Shown one piece after another: positions 48,677 through 58,373 of a stretch of 59,177 nt of DNA. The notes beneath the pieces were generated by a model. It was not told the DNA's origin and did not search any database. It was given only the letters and a program-made list of their open reading frames with translations. How positions within the stretch are numbered: position 1 is the stretch's first letter; the number at the start of each line of letters is the position of its first letter. The stretch is from an uncultured Rhodospirillaceae bacterium (GTDB taxonomy: Bacteria > Pseudomonadota > Alphaproteobacteria > MPNO01), in the NCBI GenBank assembly GCA_937916005.1, contig CALGIA010000111.1, positions 1 to 59,177 of the forward strand, in the 5' to 3' direction. The position numbers and the translations under genes were made by a program.

Positions 48677-49321
48677 TTCACCCGCTTCCTGGGCCAGGGT
48701 TCCCTCGAGCCATCCTTCGAGCAACGGGCCGATCTGTTCCAGGGGCTGGTAGCCGATGGTCAGATAGGCGTAATCTTCATCTTCGCGCACAAGTACCGTC
48801 GGGAAACCGCTGACTCCGTATGATCTGGCGATCCCGAAGTCGGCAATTGTGGCCTTTCGCATGTCCTGGGACAGGAAACGGTCCTTAAAGGCGCCGCCAT
48901 CCACGCCGAAATCGATTGCAATTGTCGTCAGGGCGTCGGTTTCGGTGATATCAACCCCGTCTTCATAGAAAGCCTGTTGCAGGGCGCTGAAATAGGCCAG
49001 GGTGGTCGGGTTGCCGAGCATTTCACGCATGGTGACGGCGGCCCGGCACGGCGGTTCGGTATCATAGACGAAGTCGTCACGATCCAGAATGGCGAAATCA
49101 AAGGGTTGCCCGGTGCGTTCGCCCACATCATGCCAATGCTCTTCCAGGAATTGTTTGCGTTCATCATCCTGGGGCTCGGTCGTGCCCGGATGCAATCCGC
49201 CCACCACCAGCAAAAATTCGGCGCGGCCCTCGCAGAGGTCTTCCAGCGCGCGCTTGACCGGCGCAAAGCCCCAGCACCATGAACACATGGGATCGCCCAC
49301 ATAGATCAGCTGCTTGGTCAT
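48674..49321 (-). CDS. DsbA-family thioredoxin-fold protein (cytoplasmic, CSWC active site)
   Basis: 215 aa from ATG 49321: MTKQLIYVGDPMCSWCWGFAP. No signal peptide. The ORF-track start at 49399 is probably too early. Confidence 0.75.
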   Translation of the reverse strand: MTKQLIYVGDPMCSWCWGFAPVKRALEDLCEGRAEFLLVVGGLHPGTTEPQDDERKQFLEEHWHDVGERTGQPFDFAILDRDDFVYDTEPPCRAAVTMREMLGNPTTLAYFSALQQAFYEDGVDITETDALTTIAIDFGVDGGAFKDRFLSQDMRKATIADFGIARSYGVSGFPTVLVREDEDYAYLTIGYQPLEQIGPLLEGWLEGTLAQEAGE

Positions 49322-49331
49322 AATCGTTGCC

Positions 49332-50378
49332 TCATATATCGGCGAGTTTTGGCATGACTTCATTTGTGAACAGCTGCATGGAGCGTTTCGCATCTGCAAA
49401 CGCCATGTTGCCGAAAAACAGATAGGTCAGCAGGTAATTCAAACCGAGCATTTCCGCCTGGCGCTTGATCTCCGTCAGCACGGTTTCCGGGCTGCCGGCG
49501 ATTACCATGTTCATTTCCCGCCAGCTGTCATAATCGGCGCCCCGATGCACGTTGAGCCGGTTGGTAAACTCGGACGAGCCGTAATTCTTGCGGATCCAGT
49601 TCAGGCTGTCGGCGTGATGTTCCAGCGCCGGACGGGCGATGCGTTCGGCCTCTTCATCCGTATCCGCCACGACAATATGGCGCAGCAATCCAATGGCCGC
49701 ACCGCCCGGGAATTCACCCTTGGGCTGGGCCGGGCCACCGCGTTTGGTCAGGGCCGTGCGGTAGGCGTCGATATTTTCCTTGGCCAGTTCCGGCTGGCCG
49801 TTCGCCGTGAAATGCATGCCCTGTTCACCGGCCCAGGTGGCGCCGACGGTGTTCGATGATCCGTACCAATAGGGGGGATGCGGGGCCTGCAACGGCCGCA
49901 GCGGCATGGGCACCTTGTCATATTGGAAATATTTGCCGTCATGGCTGAATTCATCCTGGGTCAGGGCCGCATTCAGGCATTCATAGGCGTCGAAGAAAAT
50001 TTCGCGGGATTCTTCCGCGTCCACATGGTGAAAATTCAGCTCGAACGGCGATACGCCGCGTCCGACGCCGACTTCCAGCCGCCCCTTGCTCAGATGGTCG
50101 AGCATGCAGATTTCCTCGGCCAGGCGCAGCGGTGAATACAGCGTCAGCAGATACACCAGCGGGCCCAGATGGATACGCTTGGTCGCGCGCGCCACGGCGC
50201 TGAGCCAGATGCCCGGCGCCGGGACCATGTTCAGCGGCGATGAGTGATGTTCGGCAACGTGCAGGCAGTAAAACCCGGCCTCATCGGCAGCCACGGCGAA
50301 TTCCAGTCTTTCGTCGAACTGGGTTGCCAGCGGCCGGTCGGTGGACCGTTCCAGATGATCAAAAAGTCCAATTTTCAT
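49332..50378 (-). CDS. LLM-class (luciferase-like) flavin-dependent oxidoreductase
   Basis: 348-aa ORF with TIM-barrel LLM features (MKIGLFDHLE..., HVAEHH, LSKGRLEVGVGRG). Confidence 0.85.
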   Translation of the reverse strand: MKIGLFDHLERSTDRPLATQFDERLEFAVAADEAGFYCLHVAEHHSSPLNMVPAPGIWLSAVARATKRIHLGPLVYLLTLYSPLRLAEEICMLDHLSKGRLEVGVGRGVSPFELNFHHVDAEESREIFFDAYECLNAALTQDEFSHDGKYFQYDKVPMPLRPLQAPHPPYWYGSSNTVGATWAGEQGMHFTANGQPELAKENIDAYRTALTKRGGPAQPKGEFPGGAAIGLLRHIVVADTDEEAERIARPALEHHADSLNWIRKNYGSSEFTNRLNVHRGADYDSWREMNMVIAGSPETVLTEIKRQAEMLGLNYLLTYLFFGNMAFADAKRSMQLFTNEVMPKLADI

Positions 50379-50380
50379 GG

Positions 50381-51553
50381 TTATTCTTCTTTCTTATGGA
50401 GTCTTCGTGATTTTTGGATTTGTTCGCTGGCGGATTTCAACTGCCCACAGGCGGCCATGATATCGCGCCCGCGTGGCTGGCGTACCGGCGAGGTGTAACC
50501 GGCCCGGTTGATGATCTCGGCGAAGGTGGCGATGGTTTCCGGCGCCGAACATTCGAATTCCACGCCCGGCCAGGCATTGAACGGAATCAGGTTGACCTTG
50601 GCCGGAATGCCCTGGATCAGCCGAACCAGTTCGCGCGCATCGGCGGGCGAGTCATTGATGCCTTTCAGCATGACGTACTCGAACGTAATACGCCGCGAAT
50701 TGCGCGATCCGAAATAGGCGCGGCATGCGTCCAGCACCTCGGCGATCGGGTATTTCTTGTTCAACGGCACCAGAATGTCGCGGATGTCGTCGCGCACCGC
50801 ATGCAGGGAAATGGCCAGCCCGACGCCCAGATCCCGCCCCACGTCGGCGATCCTGGGCACCACGCCGGCGGTCGACAGGGTGATGCGCCGCCGTGAAAAA
50901 CTCATGCCGTCTTCATCGGTGATAATCCGCAGCGCCTTGACCACATTGTCATAGTTATAAAGCGGCTCGCCCATCCCCATCATAACGATATTGGACAACA
51001 GCCGCGTTGCCTGAGCTGCCGGCCACTCGCCGATTTCATCGCGCGCCATCATCATCTGGCCGACGATTTCGCCCGCCGTCAGGTTGCGCACCATGGGCTG
51101 GGTTCCGGTATGGCAGAACGCGCAGCTCAACGTGCAGCCGACCTGGGATGAAATGCACAGCGCGCCCCGGTCCCGTTCCGGAATAAACACGGTTTCCGCC
51201 TGTTTTCCGTCGTTGAAATCCAGCAGCCATTTCCGCGTGCCGTCATTGGAAAGCTGGGCCTCCGCTATGCCGGCGCGGTGGATGGTGAATTGTTTCGCAA
51301 GAAGCGGGCGCAGGGATTTGGCCAGGGTGGTCATTTCGTCGAAGGATTTCGCGCCCCGATGATAGATCCAGTGCCATATCTGCTTGGCGCGGAATTCGGG
51401 CAGGTCCAGTTCCGCCACGGCGTTGGATAGCTCCTCGCGCGACAGCCCGACCAGCTCGATCCGGGTATCAAGCGCCGGGCCGTTCCTGGCCTCCATGGTC
51501 TCGGATTCTAATATCATGGGGTGAATATAGTGCGCCCCGGGCTTCAGCGCCAT
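50381..51553 (-). CDS. rlmN: 23S rRNA (adenine2503-C2)-methyltransferase / tRNA m2A37 methyltransferase RlmN
   Basis: Radical-SAM motif [11 protein letters not shown], plus MGMGEPL and ISLHA. ATG 51553 overlaps the MFS stop by 1 nt (TAATG). ATG 51517 and 51496 are alternatives. Confidence 0.93.
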   Translation of the reverse strand: MALKPGAHYIHPMILESETMEARNGPALDTRIELVGLSREELSNAVAELDLPEFRAKQIWHWIYHRGAKSFDEMTTLAKSLRPLLAKQFTIHRAGIAEAQLSNDGTRKWLLDFNDGKQAETVFIPERDRGALCISSQVGCTLSCAFCHTGTQPMVRNLTAGEIVGQMMMARDEIGEWPAAQATRLLSNIVMMGMGEPLYNYDNVVKALRIITDEDGMSFSRRRITLSTAGVVPRIADVGRDLGVGLAISLHAVRDDIRDILVPLNKKYPIAEVLDACRAYFGSRNSRRITFEYVMLKGINDSPADARELVRLIQGIPAKVNLIPFNAWPGVEFECSAPETIATFAEIINRAGYTSPVRQPRGRDIMAACGQLKSASEQIQKSRRLHKKEE

Positions 51554-52743
51554 TATTCCGCCGGCTGTTGCGCAGGTATTCGCCGCAGCCAGAAATTCGA
51601 AGCCAAAACGATCAGGACCAGCGGGGCAACTGCCAAATTGACGGTTTGCCAGCCCAAAAAATGGTGCATTGCGCCGGACCCGAACGACGCAAGGGCCGCG
51701 GTGCCATAGACCAGAAGATCGTTAAGACCTTGAACCTTGGCCCGTTCCGCCTGGGTATAGGTGGTGGTTAACAGCGTGGTGCCGCCGACGAACAGGAAAT
51801 TCCAACCGATGCCCAAGACGAAGTTGGAAGCCCAGAAATTCCAGACCTCCATTCCGGCCAGGTTGATCGCCACCGCGCCGACCTGAAGCAGCGCGCCGGT
51901 CAGCATGATATTGGCCAGCCCGAATCGCAGGATCAATGCGCCGGTGATGAATGACGGCGCGAACATGCCGACGATATGCCACTGGATCACGAAGGCGCTG
52001 TCGGCAAATACGTGGTGGTTGACCTGCATGGCCAGCGGCGTGGACGCCATCAACAGCACCATCAGCCCCCACGTCATCATGGAGGACATGATCGCCACCA
52101 GGAATCGGGGTTGGCGCGCGATCTCGCTCATTGGGCGGCCCTGGCCGGCGCTTCTTTCGTGGACCGTCGGGCGTGGCATTTTTAACCGGGACAGCACCGC
52201 CATCTTGACGAACGAAATGGCGACAATGGCCGCATAGCACCCTATGAACAGGGATGCATCGAACAAGTCACGGGTTTCGGTCGCGATTTTCGGTCCGATG
52301 AACCCGGCGATGACGCCGCCGGCCAGCACGTAGGATATGGCGCGGCTCCGAAATCTTTCATCGGCGGCGTCGGCGGCCGCGAAACGATAAAAGACGGCGA
52401 ACCCGTTGCCCGACCCCAGGAAACAGGCGCCGATCCAGAGCAACATGAACTGGGAACTGATCAGCGCATAAACGCAGAACAGACCGCCGATAATGTAAAA
52501 CCCTTCGGCGGATATGAATCCCAGGCGGCGGCCGAATCGACGCATCAGCATCGATGCGGGGTAGGCCGTCATCATCGTAAACAGCCACTGCATGGCGTGC
52601 GGCAGGGTCACGAGCGCCTTGTCCTCGGCCAGCATTTGGCCCGCCAGGGGGGCGGCCAGAATGACAATCGACAGCGCTGTTCCGTTGAGCCCCTGGCAGG
52701 TCGCCAGCAGCAGGACGTTGAGCCTTGTGGCGGATAATTTCAT
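51553..52743 (-). CDS. MFS transporter
   Basis: 396-aa ORF with 12 predicted hydrophobic helices and a loop 2-3 motif-like MRRFGRR. Confidence 0.85.
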   Translation of the reverse strand: MKLSATRLNVLLLATCQGLNGTALSIVILAAPLAGQMLAEDKALVTLPHAMQWLFTMMTAYPASMLMRRFGRRLGFISAEGFYIIGGLFCVYALISSQFMLLWIGACFLGSGNGFAVFYRFAAADAADERFRSRAISYVLAGGVIAGFIGPKIATETRDLFDASLFIGCYAAIVAISFVKMAVLSRLKMPRPTVHERSAGQGRPMSEIARQPRFLVAIMSSMMTWGLMVLLMASTPLAMQVNHHVFADSAFVIQWHIVGMFAPSFITGALILRFGLANIMLTGALLQVGAVAINLAGMEVWNFWASNFVLGIGWNFLFVGGTTLLTTTYTQAERAKVQGLNDLLVYGTAALASFGSGAMHHFLGWQTVNLAVAPLVLIVLASNFWLRRIPAQQPAE

Positions 52744-52775
52744 GGCCAGATATTTGGGCGTTGTGAAATGTCTGG

Positions 52776-53345
52776 TTACCGCCGTTTGCAGGCCCGGCCC
52801 ATGGCCTGATATGCTTGGGTAAAGCCCGACAGTGAATAGGTGTCGATGGTTACCGTGCCCCGGCTTGATGTCGCGCGGACCGTCATCTCCCGGCCCTTCT
52901 TCAGGGCGCGTACAAGGATTCGATCCTGCCGCGCGTCTTTCGCCCAGGCCGTATCCTTGTCGGTGAACAGCACGAAACGTTTTTTGTCGATGGTCACAAT
53001 GGCTTCGCTATCGGCGCGATAGGCATAGCCGCCGGTAATGCCGACCTCGTTCCAGGTTCCTTCCGCGGGACGGTGCGTGACCTGGATGTAAGTTTTGCCC
53101 CGGGTTTTGTACTTTCCGGTCATTTTGGTCGGCTCGCCATGGGCGTAGCAGGTTTTGGCCTGCCCTTCCCGGAATTCATGGGCCGACCAATGTTTGAATT
53201 CGCCAAGTGACTTGCTCTTGATCGCCGCGGCCGCGTTGCCGGCCTGCAAGGATAACGACGCCATAAAAGCGATCACCATGAATCGTTGAATTAGGGAGTT
53301 CGTATATCTCAAAGGCATACGGGAACTTTCTTTTGTCGGTAACAT
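52776..53345 (-). CDS. invasion-associated locus B (IalB) family periplasmic protein
   Basis: A signal peptide (FMVIAFMASLSLQAGNAAA) is followed by WSAHEF...CYAH...GGY...TVRATSSRGT, as in the IalB family. Start uncertain (ATG 53345 or 53318). The ORF-track start at 53471 overlaps the upstream gene. Confidence 0.68.
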   Translation of the reverse strand: MLPTKESSRMPLRYTNSLIQRFMVIAFMASLSLQAGNAAAAIKSKSLGEFKHWSAHEFREGQAKTCYAHGEPTKMTGKYKTRGKTYIQVTHRPAEGTWNEVGITGGYAYRADSEAIVTIDKKRFVLFTDKDTAWAKDARQDRILVRALKKGREMTVRATSSRGTVTIDTYSLSGFTQAYQAMGRACKRR

Positions 53346-53346
53346 T

Positions 53347-53901
53347 CTAGGAACGTCGCGCTCGCTCACGCTGTTTCTGTTTCTTTTTCCAGACGGGTTC
53401 GCCGAACACATGTTCGGGCAACGGCTGCGCCGGGCCGCCGGGCACGACCGGTCGTTCGCCAAAGCGGCCAACCGATGTCAGCCGATCATACATGACGATG
53501 GCGCCGGCAGCCGCCAGATTGAGTGAGAATTTTGTCGGAATTTTGATCAGGTGATCGCAGCATTCGACCATTTCGGGCGTCAGGCTGCCGCGCTCCATGC
53601 CCAGAACATAGGCCGCGCACCTGGGGTGACGAAAACTGGGCAAATCCACGGCATCATCATGAATTTCAACGCCCACAAGGCTGCAATCATTGGGCAGCCG
53701 CATGGCGCTCAACGAATCGAACGCGTAGAATGGCAACTGCCCGGTTGCATCGGAGGTGTCCGACGTGCTGTCCTCCGCATTATATACGGCGCTGACCGTG
53801 AACATGAAGCTGGCGCCAAAGGCATTTGCCGACCGAAAAAGGTTGCCGACATTGATCGCTTTGCTGACGCCTTCGACGCCGATTCCAAAATATCCACGCA
53901 T
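53347..53901 (-). CDS. SPOUT (TrmH/SpoU-family) RNA methyltransferase
   Basis: From ATG 53901: MRGYFGIGVEGVSKAINVGNLFRSANAFGA...YVLGMERGSL...IPTKFSLNLAAAGAIVMYD. These are the SpoU motifs 1-3. Confidence 0.8.
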   Translation of the reverse strand: MRGYFGIGVEGVSKAINVGNLFRSANAFGASFMFTVSAVYNAEDSTSDTSDATGQLPFYAFDSLSAMRLPNDCSLVGVEIHDDAVDLPSFRHPRCAAYVLGMERGSLTPEMVECCDHLIKIPTKFSLNLAAAGAIVMYDRLTSVGRFGERPVVPGGPAQPLPEHVFGEPVWKKKQKQRERARRS

Positions 53902-53974
53902 GATGGGTCCTTTACTACCAAGCCGGTGCGTTAACGAAAACCCCAAGATGATTTTTCCCTAGCAGGTTTGTACC

Positions 53975-55252
53975 ATGAATGACGGCCAGAATGACGACAA
54001 CAGCATGACCGACCCGGTCCGCGCCCAGTATGAGAGATATCCCTATCCGCCGCGCGACCCGGGTGACGAAGCGACCCGGCTGGTTGTCGGCTCCCCCAGT
54101 CATATTCTTGAAATCGACCATTTCCTGTTCGGCGGAAGCCGCGATTTTTCCAAACCGTTCCGCGCCCTGTTCGCCGGCGGCGGAACCGGTGATGCAACAA
54201 TCATGCTGGCCCAGCAGCTCGCCGATATCAACGCCGATGCGGAAATCATCTATCTCGATATTTCCGAGGCATCGCGCGATGTCGCACGCGCGCGCGCCAA
54301 AGCCCGGGGCCTGACCAATATCCAGTTCGTTACCGGTTCACTCAATGATCTACCGGCGCTTGGCCTCGGCGAATTCGATTACATCGATTGTTGCGGCGTG
54401 CTGCATCATCTGGAAGACCCGCTCGCCGGCCTGAAAACCCTGGGCGGTGCGCTTCTGCCCCATGGCGGCATGGGGGTGATGCTGTACGCGCCGCTCGGCC
54501 GCACGGGCGTCTACCATGTCCAGGCGATGGTCCGGATGATGTCCGAAAACGCATCGGACGATGTGAAGCTTGATATCGCGCGGCGGACGCTGAACAGCCT
54601 GCCGCCGACCAATTGGCTCAAGCGCAACCCGTTTGTCGGCGATCACACGGGCCTGGGCGATGCCGGAATTTATGATTTACTGCTGCATTCGCGGGACCGG
54701 GCCTATTCGATCATGGAAATAGCCGAACTTGTGGCCCAGGCCGAACTGAAGCTGGTGACGTTCCTCGACCCGCTGCGCTATGAACCGGGCATCTATATTC
54801 AGGATGAAGAATTGGGCCCCCGCATTCGCGCCATGTCCGGCCTGCAGCGCTGCGCCTTTGCCGAGCTGCTCTGCGGTAATATGAAGACCCATCGGTTTTA
54901 TGCCGTGCGGAGCGATAATGACCAACCCACCGTGGCCATGTTGGGGTCGCCCGACGCCGTGCCCATCCTGCGGGAACTCGATGGCGCCGCAATGGCTAAG
55001 GAAATGGCGACCAACCGCACCATGACCGTGGAGCTGGACGGCATCAAGGCGGGGTTCAATTTGCCGCAGATGGCGCCCGCGATTTTCATGCTGATCGACG
55101 GCAAGCGGTCCCTGAAGGAAATTCACGAAAAGATCGTTGCGGCGGCGCCCGATAACATCGCCCCCGATTGGGACGCGTTCATGCAGCAATTCCAGCAGAT
55201 CTTCATGACCGTCAACGGACTCGGCAGGATGTATCTGCGCTGTCCCGCTTAA
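53975..55252 (+). CDS. class I SAM-dependent methyltransferase with an uncharacterised C-terminal domain of about 200 aa
   Basis: 425-aa ORF with motif I ALFAGGGTGDATIML, motif II-like IIYLDIS and DYIDCCGVLHHL. The C-terminal half has no motif I recognise. Confidence 0.75.
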   Translation: MNDGQNDDNSMTDPVRAQYERYPYPPRDPGDEATRLVVGSPSHILEIDHFLFGGSRDFSKPFRALFAGGGTGDATIMLAQQLADINADAEIIYLDISEASRDVARARAKARGLTNIQFVTGSLNDLPALGLGEFDYIDCCGVLHHLEDPLAGLKTLGGALLPHGGMGVMLYAPLGRTGVYHVQAMVRMMSENASDDVKLDIARRTLNSLPPTNWLKRNPFVGDHTGLGDAGIYDLLLHSRDRAYSIMEIAELVAQAELKLVTFLDPLRYEPGIYIQDEELGPRIRAMSGLQRCAFAELLCGNMKTHRFYAVRSDNDQPTVAMLGSPDAVPILRELDGAAMAKEMATNRTMTVELDGIKAGFNLPQMAPAIFMLIDGKRSLKEIHEKIVAAAPDNIAPDWDAFMQQFQQIFMTVNGLGRMYLRCPA

Positions 55253-56007
55253 TTCACGTTGGCGGCTTCACCCAGGGTGGGCCCGATTTCCAGGTTCAGA
55301 ACCAGATCGGCCAAGTGATCGAGATCCGTCGGTTCCCGATTGAGGATCACCAGCTGGGCGCCGTTTTCCTTGGCGATGGCGGGAAAGCCGGCGGCGGGAT
55401 ACACCACCAGCGACGACCCGATGGCAATGAACAGGTCACAGGCCAGGGTGGCGTCTTGGGCGCGCCGCATTTCGTCTTCCGGCATGGCCTGGCCGAATGA
55501 AATCGTCGCCCCCTTGATCAACCCGCCGCAAAACCGGCATTCGGGGATGATATCCGCCTCGAGAAAATCTTTCTTGATGGGCTCCAGATCATAGCGCGTC
55601 GCGCAGGTCAGGCATTTGGCGTAGGTGCCGTTGCCGTGCAGTTCGATAATGTTTTCTTCCGGCACGCCCGATAGCTGGTGCAGCCCGTCGATGTTCTGGG
55701 TGATGACCGCCGATACCACGCCCTCGCGTACCAGCCTGGCGACCGCCCGGTGGCCCCGATTGGGTTCGGCATTGTCGATATCCTGGTCGATGTGGAATTT
55801 GCGCCGCCAGGCTTCGCGCCGCGCGGCTTCGGATGATACGAATTCGTCGAAATAGATCGGCGTGGTTTTCGACCAGATGCCGTTCGGGCTGCGGAAATCC
55901 GGAATCCCGGATTCGGTCGAAATCCCCGCGCCGGTGAACACCACCGCGCGGGAACAGCCGTCGATCATGTCCTTGAGCCGGCGGATTTCCGCATTGTGCC
56001 GATCCAT
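55249..56007 (-). CDS. cobB: NAD-dependent protein deacylase, Sir2/CobB family
   Basis: 252-aa ORF with GAGISTESGIPDFRS, QNIDGLH, the catalytic IELHGN, and zinc-ribbon cysteines CLTC...CRFCGG. Confidence 0.9.
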   Translation of the reverse strand: MDRHNAEIRRLKDMIDGCSRAVVFTGAGISTESGIPDFRSPNGIWSKTTPIYFDEFVSSEAARREAWRRKFHIDQDIDNAEPNRGHRAVARLVREGVVSAVITQNIDGLHQLSGVPEENIIELHGNGTYAKCLTCATRYDLEPIKKDFLEADIIPECRFCGGLIKGATISFGQAMPEDEMRRAQDATLACDLFIAIGSSLVVYPAAGFPAIAKENGAQLVILNREPTDLDHLADLVLNLEIGPTLGEAANVN

Positions 56008-56012
56008 CGAGT

Positions 56013-56354
56013 TTATCCGGCCAGCTGGTCGAACGCGGCCAACGCGTCGGCGCCATACACCGCCGCCGGACCGCCGCCCATTTCAACCGCCACGCCGATG
56101 GTTTCGGCAAGCTGTTCACGGGTTGCGCCATGCTTGGCGGCGGCGCGCACATGGAACACGACGCAGCCGTCGCAATGGGTCGCCACGGCGATGGCCACGG
56201 CCATCAGCTCCTTGGTCGCCGAATCGAGCGCACCGTCGAGGGTCGCGGCCTCCATCAATCCGCGAAAGGCGCGCATTGGGCCGGGCGCGGCCTTGAACAG
56301 CGCCACCGCGCGGGAATCGATATCGGCGGCGAGGGCTTTGTAATCCTTGGGCAT
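56013..56354 (-). CDS. carboxymuconolactone decarboxylase (AhpD-like) family protein
   Basis: 113-aa ORF with KELMAVAIAVATHCDGCVVFH, the CxxC-containing AhpD-like motif. Confidence 0.8.
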   Translation of the reverse strand: MPKDYKALAADIDSRAVALFKAAPGPMRAFRGLMEAATLDGALDSATKELMAVAIAVATHCDGCVVFHVRAAAKHGATREQLAETIGVAVEMGGGPAAVYGADALAAFDQLAG

Positions 56355-56364
56355 GTTTTAACTC

Positions 56365-58350
56365 CTAATTTTGCAATTCCGCACAGTCGCGGAACAGGTC
56401 AAGCGCTTCCGGATTGGCCAGCGCCTCGATGTTTTTTACCTCGCGCCCGTGGACGATATCGCGCACCGCAAGCTCGACGATCTTGCCGGATTTGGTGCGT
56501 GGAATATCGGCGACCTGGACGATGCGCGCCGGTACGTGGCGCGGCGAACAATTGGCGAAAATGCGCGACCGGATCCGGGCGGACAGATCGTCGTCCAGTA
56601 TCTGGCCGTCCTTCAGTCGGACGAACAGCACCACCCGGGCGTCGCCGTCCCATTCCTGACCGATGGCGAGGCCTTCCTCGACCTCTTCCATCTGTTCAAC
56701 CTGGCGGTATATCTCCGCCGTGCCGATGCGCACCCCGCCCGGGTTCAGCACCGCGTCCGAGCGGCCATAGATGACCATCCCGCCCCGTTCGGTAATCTCG
56801 GCGTAATCGCCGTGACACCAGATGTTGGGAAAGCGTTCGAAATAAGCGGCGCGGTATTTGGCGTCGTCCGGGTCGTTCCAGAACCCCACCGGGGTGGACG
56901 GAAACGGCGTCGCACAGACCAACTCGCCCTTTTCGCCGATCACGGAATTGCCGTCATCGTCAAAGATCTGAACATCCATGCCCAGCGCCAGCGCCTGAAT
57001 TTCGCCGCGCCAGACCGGCCCGGTCGGATTCCCGGTCACGAAGCAGGATACGATATCGGTGCCGCCGGAAATGGATGACAGGCAGATGTCGGATTTGATA
57101 TTTTCGTATACGAAATCATAGCTTTCCGCGACCAGCGGCGACCCGGTCGACATTATGGTGCGCAGCTTCGACAGATCATGGGTCTTGTTCGGCGTCAGCC
57201 CGGCATTTTTCACCGCGTCGATGAATTTCGCCGACGTGCCGAACTGGGTCATGCCCGTGTCCTGGGCGAAATCGAACATGACATTGCCGTCCGGGTGAAA
57301 CGGCGATCCGTCATACAGCAATAGCGTGGCTTCGGCGGCTAGTCCCGTGACCAGCCAGTTCCACATCATCCAGCCCAGGGTGGTGAAATAGAACAGCCTG
57401 TCATCCGGTTTTACGTCGGTGGCGAGAATCTGTTCTTTCATATGCTGCAGCAATGTGCCGCCCTGGCCATGCACGATGCATTTCGGCGCGCCCGTGGTGC
57501 CTGATGAAAAGAGGATGTATAGCGGATGATCGAACGGCAGTTGGCGGAACGGAATGCCACGCGCTGCATGGGGCGCGATGAAATCATCCAGCGAGATCCC
57601 ATGGGGCAGGTCGGGTCCATCCACCTGTTCCCCGGTGTAGGAAATAACAATTTCGCGCCGCAGCGTCGGCAGCCCCGCGACGGCTTCACGCGCGCGGCTC
57701 AGCGTCTCGATCTGTTTGCCGTTGTAGTAATATTCGTCGGCCGTGAACAGCACCACCGGCTCGATCTGGCCAAACCGGTCGAGAATGCCGCCGGTCCCGA
57801 AATCGGGTGAGCATGACGACCAGATCGCGCCCAGGGAATTGGCCGCCAGCATGGCCGCGACCGCTTCCGGGATATTGGGCAGATAGCCGACCACCCGGTC
57901 GCCCTCGGTCACGCCTTCAGCCTCCAACCCCTGGGCGATACGCGATACCAGATCATACAGTGCGCCCCGTGACATGTCGCGCTGGCCCCGGTCTTCGCCC
58001 CGGAATATCAGCGCCGGGCCGTCATCGCGCCGGCGCAGCAGATTTTCCGCGAAGCTCAGCCGCGCCTCGGGGAACCAGCGCGCGCCCGGCATCTTGTCGC
58101 CATCGACCAGCGCCAGTTGGCCCTGGGTCTCCGCGATCACGCCGCAGAACGACCAGACGGAACGCCAGAATTTTTCTTTCTCAGTGACCGACCAGGCGTG
58201 AAGCTCGGCGTAACCGGCGGGCTCGAAACCCCATTCCTCTTTCAGCGCCGCGATAAAGGCGGTGAGGTTGGCCTTGTTGATGCGTTCGGGCGATGGCCGC
58301 CACAACGGTTCCGGCACGGCTCCTGAGCTCCCTGTTTCCGAAGGGCCCAT
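56365..58350 (-). CDS. acetoacetate--CoA ligase (acetoacetyl-CoA synthetase)
   Basis: From ATG 58350: [32 protein letters not shown]...KFWRSVW. AMP-binding motif [16 protein letters not shown] and A10 motif [11 protein letters not shown]. The 768-aa ORF-track version overlaps the upstream SDR gene. Confidence 0.88.
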   Translation of the reverse strand: MGPSETGSSGAVPEPLWRPSPERINKANLTAFIAALKEEWGFEPAGYAELHAWSVTEKEKFWRSVWSFCGVIAETQGQLALVDGDKMPGARWFPEARLSFAENLLRRRDDGPALIFRGEDRGQRDMSRGALYDLVSRIAQGLEAEGVTEGDRVVGYLPNIPEAVAAMLAANSLGAIWSSCSPDFGTGGILDRFGQIEPVVLFTADEYYYNGKQIETLSRAREAVAGLPTLRREIVISYTGEQVDGPDLPHGISLDDFIAPHAARGIPFRQLPFDHPLYILFSSGTTGAPKCIVHGQGGTLLQHMKEQILATDVKPDDRLFYFTTLGWMMWNWLVTGLAAEATLLLYDGSPFHPDGNVMFDFAQDTGMTQFGTSAKFIDAVKNAGLTPNKTHDLSKLRTIMSTGSPLVAESYDFVYENIKSDICLSSISGGTDIVSCFVTGNPTGPVWRGEIQALALGMDVQIFDDDGNSVIGEKGELVCATPFPSTPVGFWNDPDDAKYRAAYFERFPNIWCHGDYAEITERGGMVIYGRSDAVLNPGGVRIGTAEIYRQVEQMEEVEEGLAIGQEWDGDARVVLFVRLKDGQILDDDLSARIRSRIFANCSPRHVPARIVQVADIPRTKSGKIVELAVRDIVHGREVKNIEALANPEALDLFRDCAELQN

Positions 58351-58373
58351 CACGCCTTGGCGCGCGCCTGTCG

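Noticed and set aside
55249-56007. Sir2-domain protein as an anti-phage effector (Thoeris ThsA, DSR or SIR2-HerA type)
   Set aside because: It is a compact 252-aa CobB-type sirtuin with an intact zinc ribbon and the catalytic HG motif. It has no SLOG, HerA, TIR or large N-terminal domain, and its neighbours are metabolic genes.
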